The translations under genes and the position numbers were made by a program. From positions 1 through 56,120 of IMG/VR virus record IMGVR_UViG_3300036759_000011: 56,120 nt of DNA, one strand, 5' to 3'. Positions 45,870 through 55,240 of this stretch are shown one piece after another. Each line of letters opens with the position of its first letter. Positions within the stretch are counted from its first letter, which is position 1. The notes beneath the pieces were generated by a model that worked only from the letters and a program-made list of their open reading frames with translations, had not been told where the DNA came from and did not search any database. This DNA is from a virus. Its lineage: Duplodnaviria > Caudoviricetes.

Positions 45870-47648
45870 TTACACCTTTGCAGCAGCGCGATACCCACGA
45901 GCTAGCTCAGGATAGCGTCTGGCTGCCTCAGTAAGAGCGGCATCAAAGTCCAGCTTATCCTCACGCTGGATTTCCGCAACACGATCAGCGAACATCTTGC
46001 GAGCACGCTGGATACCTTCAGCACTCGTAGTATCCACAGAAAATTCACTAACAGCAGGAGCGAGAGAGCTACCAATCTCTCCATACTGAACCGTTCCACC
46101 CTCAGCGATAGCCTTCAAACAAGACTCGAAATCACCGAGTCCGGCCTCACCAACAGCAAACCGCTTATGAGTCTCTGCCACGATATCCTGCGCGTGGGCA
46201 GAAAGTCCCCATCCACTCTTCCTCATTCCAGCACCCTCAGGCTGCTTGAATTCGGTAATGGACTTGACGAACGTGTCTGCGTTGATTGAGCGATCACGCT
46301 CGACCATCGCAACATGCTCTTCCCACATACGCGGGAACTTCTTACGGAAATCTGCTTCCTCATTGCTGAGGCTAACAGCAGAACGCATACTCTCTACTTC
46401 TCCATGCAGAGTTTGCACAGCAGCGAAAACTTCATCGTCAGTCGCCTCTGCGTTAAGTCCTAGAAGCTCACGGAGATTCAATGCGATACCCTCCCCTCTA
46501 GCATTAGTATTAGGTGGAGATGGAGTAGGTGTGGGAGCACCCGGCCCATATACGGGGAGGGGATCCCTGCGCGATCCAGATTTAATTGCTGGATCATCTG
46601 AGCCATCCTCGTCAGTCCGCGGTGTTGGAGGCGAGCCGGTTCCCGGCTCAGAATGCTCCCACTCTTTCGACTCTGTGTACAGTTTCCCGTACACGCTGGG
46701 CGATACGGCCGAACCACCAAATGGAAGATATCCACTAGTATTACCGGTCCAAATCAGACTGGCGTTAGCAGCATTTCCACCTGGGAATACAACAGTCACA
46801 TTCCGTTGTGAGCCAATCTGACCAAGTACGTGCTCGTATGGCATGACAGCATCCACCATGCCAGCTTCAAGAGACTTCTTAGCGGTAAGCATTCGCCCAC
46901 CACCAAAATGCTCAAAAACGTCCGATGCGTCGGCTCCACGACCCCGTGCTACAGAATCGATAAACTCTTCATACACTTCATCTACTACTTCCTGTCGGTA
47001 CTCCTTTCCTTCCGAGGAGAGCGGCTCGTGCTCGTTTCCTTCCGTCTTGTACTTACCCGCAGAGATGTAAGTAAAGCGACGGCCCTCTTGTGCATCATGT
47101 CCGGACTGATCTTCGTGGACGGTATATACACCGATGCTACCTACACTTCCACTCGGGGTTACATACAGTCCTCCGCGAGCCTGCGAAGCCAGCCAATACG
47201 CCGCCGAACCCGCCATCGTGTTCGCCACCGCATATACAGGCTTGTCGGCATTGTAAATTTCATCGCCCACCTCAGAAATCATATCTGAAGTACCACCAGG
47301 ACTATCGATATCCAGAAGAATGGAATGGACTGCATCATCTTTCATTGCAGCCCTAAACTCACTCTGGAATGATTCCATGCTAGTAGCGCCACTCATCTCA
47401 GTCAAGAGATTCGCTTTGCCAAAGATAGGCCCGTAAAGTGGGAGAATGCCAGTACCCTGGTAACGACGATAGGAATTCTCACTACCATCGTGTTCAGCAT
47501 ACTCTAGACGGGCACGAATCTCCTCATCCGTAAGATATTCCCCACGGATACGGCTATCCACGATACCGAGAATTAGATCAAGCGCCTCAGGAGTGATGAG
47601 CCAAGGCGTTGTCTTGATCTTGTTCACAATCCTAAGGTAATCTCGCAT
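45870..47648 (-). CDS. S49 prohead protease with C-terminal scaffold domain
   Basis: DIDSPGG, SAAYWLASQA, GSIGV, GKYK. Confidence 0.92.
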   Translation of the reverse strand: MRDYLRIVNKIKTTPWLITPEALDLILGIVDSRIRGEYLTDEEIRARLEYAEHDGSENSYRRYQGTGILPLYGPIFGKANLLTEMSGATSMESFQSEFRAAMKDDAVHSILLDIDSPGGTSDMISEVGDEIYNADKPVYAVANTMAGSAAYWLASQARGGLYVTPSGSVGSIGVYTVHEDQSGHDAQEGRRFTYISAGKYKTEGNEHEPLSSEGKEYRQEVVDEVYEEFIDSVARGRGADASDVFEHFGGGRMLTAKKSLEAGMVDAVMPYEHVLGQIGSQRNVTVVFPGGNAANASLIWTGNTSGYLPFGGSAVSPSVYGKLYTESKEWEHSEPGTGSPPTPRTDEDGSDDPAIKSGSRRDPLPVYGPGAPTPTPSPPNTNARGEGIALNLRELLGLNAEATDDEVFAAVQTLHGEVESMRSAVSLSNEEADFRKKFPRMWEEHVAMVERDRSINADTFVKSITEFKQPEGAGMRKSGWGLSAHAQDIVAETHKRFAVGEAGLGDFESCLKAIAEGGTVQYGEIGSSLAPAVSEFSVDTTSAEGIQRARKMFADRVAEIQREDKLDFDAALTEAARRYPELARGYRAAAKV

Positions 47649-47656
47649 CTCACCCC

Positions 47657-49147
47657 CTACTGTGGCGCGTTGACAGGCTTACCGGAGTTACCACCATCAC
47701 TACCAGCCGGTTTAACACTACCTTTCCCGTTACCACTAGTGGCATCCTGTGCAGCACTTGGAGCGCCAATGTTAGCTCTTTGGACACTAGTTTGATCGTA
47801 CTTGGTAGTGTCTTGTAGAGCAGGCATATCGAATACTCCACGGATCCACTGTTCTGTGGTAAGATCCATCGTGATGCCTTCCTGGGAAAGCAGATTGGCA
47901 ATCGCAGCACCAAGCATTTGCAGATCGCGCGAGTCGCCAATATTTCTGACCTTCAACTGCGGAAAATTCTTGGTTGGGTAGTTGTATACTACCAACTCAG
48001 GAATCAAGTACATGTTAACTACGTCCGCAATGTAGTTCGCCACGTACCGCAGAGCCTTCATAAAAAGATCTGCTTGCACGCCACCAACTGCGCGCGATCC
48101 CTGGCCTTGGCCGCCGACACCCAACGCAAGAAATTGGCCCATGACGTTCATCAGAATCATCATGTTGTGATGGTCCGCAGATTCCATCACGTTGACCAAT
48201 TGCCCCTTAAGTTCGGCGAATTCCACTTCCACGTTAGGTGTAAGCAGCATGAAAGCTTCTTCGTTCGTTCTAAGATTCCTGAGCATGGTACGCAGAATCG
48301 TCTTGTCGCTATCCTTGTATCCGGCAGCTAACTTACCGACAGGCACGCCAATACCGTGACGTTCCTTCTGGATAGCATCAATCTTATACAAGTGATTCTT
48401 GTAGTACCAATGCATATACGCAGTCCTCAGCAGGCTACGACCTGTCAAGTCTCCCGATCTGCGCCCAAACGTGAAAATCATGATTTTGTTGATAGGCAGA
48501 GTTACATCCTGAGTCTTACCACCAGCCTTGATAGCTCCCTGGACAATTTGGACAGGCCCACCATTATCGTCGTATTCAATTTCCTTGACGGTGCTGGTGG
48601 GCCTGACTCCCAACTTCTTCAGCATGGTATACTGCTTCGTGTTTCTGCCCTTACCTTTCGCCGTCCACTCACGAAGCTCGTATACCTTCTCAAGAATGGC
48701 ATACCCGTCCTCATACATATGGAGAACATCCTCCAGAGAATTGAGGAAAGGCGCGCTCATTCCTTCAGCAAGGTTAGACCAGCAGAAATCAGCAATCTCA
48801 ACATTCTGGTCATCATTGTCATATGGCTGCATGTAAAACTCGGCACCGAGAACAGGCGTCTTGGCAGCACGCATAGATACATCTACGCCAGCATCATTCA
48901 TCATCTGCCCATACGTCTGTAGACGCTGGGACGGAGACACCAACGCTGGGACTAGTTCACGAATCTGCGATGGCTGGGAGCTACCAAGCTCAGCATCCAA
49001 CTCAGGTGGCTCAATGTTAGCCAGTTGTCCTGACTGGTAACTAGTTCCCTGTGGAGTATTCTTCGCAGGTGTTGCCATCTGTAAATCGATGGCCTCCTCA
49101 TTCAAACCCCGCACAGGCGGAGCGCCGTTACGTTTGAACCAAACCAT
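47657..49147 (-). CDS. Portal protein (DUF935/Mu gp29-like)
   Basis: GYAILEKVY, GRSLLR, ERHGIGVPVG, GSRAVG, LIPELV. Confidence 0.9.
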   Translation of the reverse strand: MVWFKRNGAPPVRGLNEEAIDLQMATPAKNTPQGTSYQSGQLANIEPPELDAELGSSQPSQIRELVPALVSPSQRLQTYGQMMNDAGVDVSMRAAKTPVLGAEFYMQPYDNDDQNVEIADFCWSNLAEGMSAPFLNSLEDVLHMYEDGYAILEKVYELREWTAKGKGRNTKQYTMLKKLGVRPTSTVKEIEYDDNGGPVQIVQGAIKAGGKTQDVTLPINKIMIFTFGRRSGDLTGRSLLRTAYMHWYYKNHLYKIDAIQKERHGIGVPVGKLAAGYKDSDKTILRTMLRNLRTNEEAFMLLTPNVEVEFAELKGQLVNVMESADHHNMMILMNVMGQFLALGVGGQGQGSRAVGGVQADLFMKALRYVANYIADVVNMYLIPELVVYNYPTKNFPQLKVRNIGDSRDLQMLGAAIANLLSQEGITMDLTTEQWIRGVFDMPALQDTTKYDQTSVQRANIGAPSAAQDATSGNGKGSVKPAGSDGGNSGKPVNAPQ

Positions 49148-50604
49148 TAGAAACCTACTGCCTGATTAAGACTTATGCCGGTTTCCATCGTAACCTCTGA
49201 ATTAAGAGTCAAGAAACTCTCGCTTTCAGATCCCCTATAATTCTGACCATATACATCTTCTAGATGTGTACCCGCACCAGCCACAAAATGCGGACCGATG
49301 AAATATCTCAATGCGTCACAAGTGTGGTCATCCACCTTGTGTTGGATGTTGTGGTCGCCGGATTGTTCGTTTAGATCGGTCCTAGCTGTAGCACTCTGCT
49401 CCTTGACGTGTAGTTGGTTAATCTCACGTGTGAGATTAGTGCAGCTAGGATCGACAAACAACTTCGGCGTGACCTGTTCTATCTCTCCCGTCTCTTCATT
49501 CTTGATTTGAGTCTTGAGCATACGCTTGATCTGCTCAACACCGTGCTTCCAAGGGATATCCATGCTACCAACGTGACCAAGACCAGTCAGCGCAAGAGTT
49601 GCAGCCTCATCCGGGCCACGCAAATCGCCCCACATTGCATCTATGTGATATCCTGGGGGCTGGTCACGTTCCTGTAGCGCTTTTCCGTGCTCATACGTAG
49701 CTTTATATCGCTCGTAATACTCTCTCCAGACGTAACACGTATCATCTGGCCCGACTTGAATATCAAGGCAGACGAAGGGGTTACTGAAACCATAGTCGAA
49801 GGCCAAGTAATTCGCCCAATCGGGTCGAAAAACGTGTGGTTGCACATGGATCTTGTCGTCCCACTCCTCATAAATAGATCCACTCATCGCCGTGAAGCTC
49901 GCACCATACTCCTGTGCGAAGTATAGTGGCGATGCTACCTTCTTGATTCTTTGGATTTCAGGATTATTGATCCCGCCTGGGTATCTAACAGGGTTCATCC
50001 AGCTTGGGAACTGCCAGCTTTTATACATCTTATTGCCTTGCTGCCCAAGCGTCCACATGCCGTGATACCAGTTGAATCCCTTAGGCGTGCTGGGGAAGTC
50101 ACACGAACCCAAAAGATCGCTTAGCGCCGGTTCGATATACGTTTCCCATGTAGCAAGAGAGTGCTTAGCGGCCTCACTCATGATGACGTGCGACAAGCCT
50201 TCCCCCAGAAGGTTATCAGGCCGCTCAGCACTCACCACCATGATATGTGCATTCCACGGAGTTTCAATATACATATCACCCTGGTGAAGGCTGTAGCCTT
50301 TCTTGCAATATTTCAGAAGATTCAGCTTACGATAATCATCGTATACAACTCTAAACTCTTTCTCGCCAAGCCGGTACGAGGGAGCCACAATCCAGTTATA
50401 CGAGTCAGGCACGAACGATTTATGCGTCATCCGATGCCCAGCTACCTGACTCTTACCATAACGACGACCACAACAGGCGATATTGAACCGGGCATCAGAG
50501 TACAGATACTCTTTTTGCCCGGGTGAATGCGCCTGGAAGCCAACCTTTTTGTACAAGGTTGCGGCGTCGATGCCTGGTTCAGCTTGTGGTTGTGCTAGTG
50601 CCAT
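49147..50604 (-). CDS. terL: Terminase large subunit
   Basis: GRRYGKS, STPKGFNW, FDYG, DHTCDALRY. Confidence 0.93.
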   Translation of the reverse strand: MALAQPQAEPGIDAATLYKKVGFQAHSPGQKEYLYSDARFNIACCGRRYGKSQVAGHRMTHKSFVPDSYNWIVAPSYRLGEKEFRVVYDDYRKLNLLKYCKKGYSLHQGDMYIETPWNAHIMVVSAERPDNLLGEGLSHVIMSEAAKHSLATWETYIEPALSDLLGSCDFPSTPKGFNWYHGMWTLGQQGNKMYKSWQFPSWMNPVRYPGGINNPEIQRIKKVASPLYFAQEYGASFTAMSGSIYEEWDDKIHVQPHVFRPDWANYLAFDYGFSNPFVCLDIQVGPDDTCYVWREYYERYKATYEHGKALQERDQPPGYHIDAMWGDLRGPDEAATLALTGLGHVGSMDIPWKHGVEQIKRMLKTQIKNEETGEIEQVTPKLFVDPSCTNLTREINQLHVKEQSATARTDLNEQSGDHNIQHKVDDHTCDALRYFIGPHFVAGAGTHLEDVYGQNYRGSESESFLTLNSEVTMETGISLNQAVGF

Positions 50605-51947
50605 TAGAAGAGATTGTACTTCGCGTTTAGATAATCGACAGTGGCGTTTCTTTCGGTATCATTCAGAGCACGGTTATACACCAAAACCTCAGCCACGTCG
50701 CACTTCGCTGGGAAGGTTTGGTCATCATTCCTGATACCAAGTGCCAGACCCACCAATCCATTAGTACCAGCATTCCCTGTCGTTTTAAGAGTTTTATTCT
50801 CCCAAACATTCGTTGTGGCGTCGCCACCAAGCATCACACTCATACACGTAAGCGGCATGGGCCAGTTTGAGGCACGGTTATAGGTGATATCTGTCCCACC
50901 AGCCCACATATTCACTTTGTTAGTATTGTCAGCATGGTAAAGCAGAGGTGGCCCGCCATTCCCGGAGAACCAAACCTGAGTAACATTCCCACCAGACGTT
51001 TGGGACACTACGATAAAAACCGTCACAGGTGTGGCGTAATTCAGACCGATCGCATCAATGCCCTTACTCGGATCGCAAAAGAGAGAATCATTGACTCCAT
51101 CAAATCTGACTACTTTACGACCTGTATCAATGGCAAGTAAAGGCTGCTTGGTAGCATTAGTTTGTGTAAGATGATGCCCATAACCAGATAGATCCAACCA
51201 TTCTGCTATAGGCGTGCCATCGGCTCTAGGAATATGACTAGCGTCAGCCCAGAGCCCCAAGCTAGAATCCCGCACAGGAGGGAGGCTGCTGGTGAAAGCA
51301 TCAGGAATATATGTAGCTGCGCCAGGCCCGCCAATCCATCTGTATCTGGCGGTTATTCTCCCAATATGACAGTTAGCACCCTTGTTATATAGAATTGGGT
51401 ACCACCAAGGCTCAGTAACAGTTTGTTGTGGTGAAGTTTGCCACCCAGTAGAAAATCGCTTGTAAACGGTTGGCAATTCTGGTACTGAAATCTCCAAGCC
51501 AATATTAAGAGGGGTGGGACTTAGGAAAGCTTCATCAGGAGTCATGGGATACCAATTTTGAGCTACTTCGGCATTACTATGATTACCTGAATCTCCATGC
51601 CATCTGATATCAATATCGATCTTTTCCTGGAAACTGAATCCCATCGCAAGCGCAGTATACAGATCGGGCCTTTTAATTTTAATAGGAGTCATCCCATAAT
51701 CATTGGGATCAACTCCTCTTAGCCCGACCCATCCCGAGATATAAAGCCAAGCACTTGGGCTTCCTTGGCTTTCCATTTGCCTAAAGCCATCAACTCCTGC
51801 ATATGTAACACGAGGCTTTGTAACCCAAATCTGCTTAGCAAGATTCCAGTAGCACCGCTCAAGTGGCAGAGATGGATCAATACGGACGTGCCCGACAGCC
51901 CCATCATCAGTAGGAGCACCAAGTCCGCTAACAGTGCTGGCTATCAC
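50604..51947 (-). CDS. Putative virion adhesin with C-terminal LamG/concanavalin-like domain
   Basis: LWADAS..WLDLSGYG..RFDGVND..AEVLVYNRAL..YLNAKY; GTG start overlapping the upstream TAG. Confidence 0.75.
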   Translation of the reverse strand: MIASTVSGLGAPTDDGAVGHVRIDPSLPLERCYWNLAKQIWVTKPRVTYAGVDGFRQMESQGSPSAWLYISGWVGLRGVDPNDYGMTPIKIKRPDLYTALAMGFSFQEKIDIDIRWHGDSGNHSNAEVAQNWYPMTPDEAFLSPTPLNIGLEISVPELPTVYKRFSTGWQTSPQQTVTEPWWYPILYNKGANCHIGRITARYRWIGGPGAATYIPDAFTSSLPPVRDSSLGLWADASHIPRADGTPIAEWLDLSGYGHHLTQTNATKQPLLAIDTGRKVVRFDGVNDSLFCDPSKGIDAIGLNYATPVTVFIVVSQTSGGNVTQVWFSGNGGPPLLYHADNTNKVNMWAGGTDITYNRASNWPMPLTCMSVMLGGDATTNVWENKTLKTTGNAGTNGLVGLALGIRNDDQTFPAKCDVAEVLVYNRALNDTERNATVDYLNAKYNLF

Positions 51948-53890
51948 TAACCAGCACCAATCCAACGCAGTTTCAGGTTAGTATCGAGAACTTCGCCACT
52001 CCCGACACTACCGGAAGGCATTTTTCCTGCCATAACACAGATCAGACTGTGCGCTGTGGGAGTAAATGGTAGATCAGACCAATCTGCGGCCTCAGCCCAG
52101 GTGAAGTGTCTCTCATCACTAGCCAGACCACCAGGATCGGTAGTGCCAGTCAGGCTAGCACTAACGCCTAAGCCTCCCGTTAGTGGTGCTGTGATAGGTG
52201 CAGTACCTTCACCAGAGTTATACTGGAACCAATATGGAGCAATCGTAAGCGCCTTGCTGCTATCAGGTGTAGGCGCACCATTCATTTGACTAATCAAATA
52301 CTCCTGCAAATGGAAGCCAGCAGCGTAAAACTCGCCTGCAAATTCAATATCAATGGGCATCATACCGAACCCACCAGGCTGTCCCTGATAAACCATTGCG
52401 CCTACGGGGATTGTTCCCTTGCTCCCAGATGTGCAAGTACACCCAGTAATGTCGTTAGTTCCAGTATTAATCCCCGTATATGTGATATAATTGTCACGGA
52501 TCTGAATAGTCCCACTCGGAGAAGTTAGTGGATAAGCCGCGTGACCCTCTCCGACATATGTTACGACACTAATTACGCCCGTTCCACCAGTAAAAGCGGC
52601 GCTACTCAGGTCAACTGAGGTGTCTAGATGGCTAAACCACTTGCCATACGGCACCGCATTACTGAATTTACAGTACTGAATGAGATTAGCGCCGCTCTTG
52701 TCACTCAGATCCATAGCCCAAGTATCTGCTTGGACCAATGCATCAAAGGGTTCAGTCTCCCACCAACTCTTATTAGCGTTCCAAGTCAGATCAAGGAAGG
52801 CATCGATTCCCACCGGACGACACACCCCCGGCACACCATCAGTCTTATCGGTACTATTCGCGTTCAACGCGGTGCGCGTTGCCCCGAAATAAACCGGCAC
52901 AGAGCCCGAGGGGAACGAACCAGTCTTGTTATTCACAGATGGAGCGGTAAAACTGTCCGCAGCGTTGCCCGCAGCGTCAGCAATCCACGGCGCACTTCCT
53001 GGCTTTGTATATGTTACCGTAACTGACTCTCCTGCAAGCACGCTCGCACCCAGCGTAAGCGTGACAGTATTCGTTGTAGCCACAGCAGCCGTTACCGCCC
53101 TATTACCCGAACCCGCTCCCGTTACTGCAAATGCCCCGATCGGCGCAGTTGTAGTATTTAGATTCTCGCTAAAGGTAATAGTGAGTGTAGTTCCGGCGCT
53201 ATTGACACTCAGGGCAGTTGGATACGGGGTGATCGTATCCGGAGCCGTGCCAGTCCCGCTATTAATCGCCGCAATCGAAAAAGACGCTACGTCATTCAGT
53301 GCAACATCTTCCAGCACAGGATCGGCACCAGGCTTATTATACGTCAGTACCAGATAAGTACCTGAGACGACCGGGCCGGCATACGCCAGACTAAGTGTAT
53401 TAGCCGTAGGCGCAGTAATCGCCGTGATCGTCTCGTTAAAGGTGAAGGCGGTAAGCAGGCTAGCAAGTTCAGGACCCGTGTATGCTCTCAGGTTCTCACT
53501 GAACGTAAGCACTACATGCGTGTCATCTGCTACTGCACTTGAGGGGAGCGGAGGAAGTACATCTGGCCCACCACCGTTACCACTGATAGTCAGGTTAAAC
53601 TGTTCAGGCGTTCTTTGCTGCGTAGTCGGTTCATACACGGTTTCAATTAGGATGATGCTTTGGCCTGTGGGGGATATCACATAAGTGGGTGCGGGAGGTT
53701 GTGTAGGCACGAACTCATAACTGAATCCCTTGCCAGGCTCGATAGGCATACCGATGCTAGTCGTGACGTTAATGTCACCCACGTAGACAGGGCTAGCATT
53801 GTCCTCAGGATTAAGAATCACCAAGTTAACGACAGTAGAGACTGCTGTTTTCTCGTTAGCAGTTAGAGCTACTGATCGCTGTGTAATCAT
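51947..53890 (-). CDS. Putative virion fibre/adhesin with two SwmB-like Ig repeats
   Basis: Two repeats TFSENL...TYxKPG...DxAxN...SF. Confidence 0.7.
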   Translation of the reverse strand: MITQRSVALTANEKTAVSTVVNLVILNPEDNASPVYVGDINVTTSIGMPIEPGKGFSYEFVPTQPPAPTYVISPTGQSIILIETVYEPTTQQRTPEQFNLTISGNGGGPDVLPPLPSSAVADDTHVVLTFSENLRAYTGPELASLLTAFTFNETITAITAPTANTLSLAYAGPVVSGTYLVLTYNKPGADPVLEDVALNDVASFSIAAINSGTGTAPDTITPYPTALSVNSAGTTLTITFSENLNTTTAPIGAFAVTGAGSGNRAVTAAVATTNTVTLTLGASVLAGESVTVTYTKPGSAPWIADAAGNAADSFTAPSVNNKTGSFPSGSVPVYFGATRTALNANSTDKTDGVPGVCRPVGIDAFLDLTWNANKSWWETEPFDALVQADTWAMDLSDKSGANLIQYCKFSNAVPYGKWFSHLDTSVDLSSAAFTGGTGVISVVTYVGEGHAAYPLTSPSGTIQIRDNYITYTGINTGTNDITGCTCTSGSKGTIPVGAMVYQGQPGGFGMMPIDIEFAGEFYAAGFHLQEYLISQMNGAPTPDSSKALTIAPYWFQYNSGEGTAPITAPLTGGLGVSASLTGTTDPGGLASDERHFTWAEAADWSDLPFTPTAHSLICVMAGKMPSGSVGSGEVLDTNLKLRWIGAG

Positions 53891-53899
53891 GACAAGAGG

Positions 53900-54208
53900 T
53901 TACTTGGTAGTAGAGGGAGCTTGCAGTTCCTTAATCAGATTCTTGATCGGGTCGCCATCGTCCTTCGCATCGTTAATGGCATACTCGATAACTGCCTTAG
54001 CCGCAGACAGTCTTGTGCTCTCGCTGTGTGCGTTGTTAGCAAGCCACACTACTTGTGCAGCTGCGGCTGCTGCCTGTGTCTTGAAGAAGTCTCTGGTAAG
54101 CTCTTCTACATTTTCAGGCACGCCATTCTTACTCAGCTCGTATTCTGCTTTGATGGCTTTTTGATAATTTTTAAGCTCTTCTTGCAAGTTTTCATCGTCT
54201 AGAGCCAT
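53900..54208 (-). CDS. Terminase small subunit candidate
   Basis: First gene of the late operon; AAGGAG SD; STRLSAAKAVIE helical motif. Confidence 0.6.
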   Translation of the reverse strand: MALDDENLQEELKNYQKAIKAEYELSKNGVPENVEELTRDFFKTQAAAAAAQVVWLANNAHSESTRLSAAKAVIEYAINDAKDDGDPIKNLIKELQAPSTTK

Positions 54209-54380
54209 TCGTGGACTCCTTCGGTTTCAGGATTGCTGTGATTTGTAAGCCCTTCTCTCGCGTGCGCGCGTGGAGACGTACTGTGACCCGGAAATCGGCT
54301 CCGAGGCCGGGAGACGGCTTGTGGTGAACGCTGGGGAGGCATCGCGCAGGTGGGCTCGTTCACGGCCGAGGAGCCATGAA

Positions 54381-54410
54381 CGAACATACGTTCGTAAGTA
54401 CGGGCGTTCG
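54381..54410. promoter_or_regulatory. Tandem LexA boxes downstream of the putative late promoter
   Basis: Perfect CGAAC-ATAC-GTTCG (54381-54394) plus AGTAC-GGGC-GTTCG (54397-54410). Confidence 0.75.
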
Positions 54411-54425
54411 TCCCAAACCTGGGTA

Positions 54426-54478
54426 AGTATACCACGTTACTCAGTGGGGAGCTTATAAGTTAGTTCTTACTAACTTAT
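54426..54478 (-). promoter_or_regulatory. Putative late promoter with upstream palindromic operator
   Basis: Extended -10 TGGTATACT on the - strand, weak -35, perfect IR ATAAGTTAGT-TCTT-ACTAACTTAT at 54455-54478. Confidence 0.55.
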
Positions 54479-54660
54479 TGATTTTATCGTTGGTACATTC
54501 TAAAAGACGGTTCCAAGTGCTTACCCCCCATTCGGGGAGTATAGTTCCTAGACCATTGGGGGGTATCATCCTATACCTTTGGGGGGTGTGCTAGGGAAGG
54601 GGGTCGGCTATAGTGAGGGAGTGAGGTTGATGGAGAGAGCGAGTTGAGAGGAAGTGAGAG

Positions 54661-54837
54661 ATGAGAGTCATCACAATTGAAGTGTATGATCACACTCCGA
54701 TGGAGGAAGTGCGGGATATCATCAACTGTATCGTCGCGCTAGGAGTCCCTGCCAATAAGGTAGCGTTCATGGACGAACCAGAGCTGAGGGATCCTTGGTT
54801 GGACTCCGAGGAAGCCTGCGAGATTGAAGCCTGGTAG
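54661..54837 (+). CDS. Hypothetical protein (not in track)
   Basis: GAGGAAG SD; 58 aa; TATAGT -10 at 54609. Confidence 0.65.
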   Translation: MRVITIEVYDHTPMEEVRDIINCIVALGVPANKVAFMDEPELRDPWLDSEEACEIEAW

Positions 54838-54840
54838 ATA

Positions 54841-54925
54841 GTTAGGCGTGAACTATACCAACGTATAGTTCACATCTAACACTCTGTCAGCTAGAGTGTA
54901 GTTGTAAGGCAAAACCGAACGGGAG
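54841..54925 (+). repeat. Double-hairpin intergenic cassette, copy 1
   Basis: Long stem, then ACACTCT/AGAGTGT stem, then AACGGGAG. Confidence 0.75.
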
Positions 54926-54932
54926 GAACGGA

Positions 54933-55139
54933 ATGACCCGCGAACAGTATGACTACCTGGCGCAGTATGTCAGTGGGTACACTGGTACCAAGGTGGTCAG
55001 CATCAATTTCGAGATCGATGGTTCGATGATCCTCGTAACCGAGCATCCGTCAAGCTGGGATTTTAGCTACCAATACAAGGATCGGGTCTATATCGACGGT
55101 TCAATGCAGGAACTGGACACGAACGAAGTTGCGGTCTAG
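54933..55139 (+). CDS. Hypothetical protein
   Basis: AACGGGAGG SD. Confidence 0.75.
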   Translation: MTREQYDYLAQYVSGYTGTKVVSINFEIDGSMILVTEHPSSWDFSYQYKDRVYIDGSMQELDTNEVAV

Positions 55140-55145
55140 CGGATA

Positions 55146-55234
55146 GTTTAGGTGGGATACTAGACTAAGGTCTAGTATCCCACCTAAACACTCTATGCTA
55201 GAGTGTACTTAGCACCGAAAAAACCTAACGGGAG
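55146..55234 (+). repeat. Double-hairpin intergenic cassette, copy 2
   Basis: Perfect 20-bp stem, then ACACTCT/AGAGTGT stem, then AACGGGAG. Confidence 0.75.
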
Positions 55235-55240
55235 GCAGGA

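Noticed and set aside
50170-50190. Terminase Walker B reads IMSE rather than hhDE
   Set aside because: The catalytic Glu is retained and the other motifs are intact; not enough to claim altered function.
54199-54435. ORF upstream of the terminase small subunit candidate
   Set aside because: Low-complexity translation overlapping the promoter and SOS boxes; more likely an untranslated leader.
54841-55189. Hairpins as integron attC sites (GTTAGGC and ATCTAAC match the core consensus)
   Set aside because: The order is inverted relative to attC (which has RYYYAAC first), there are no characteristic extrahelical bases, and no integron integrase is present.
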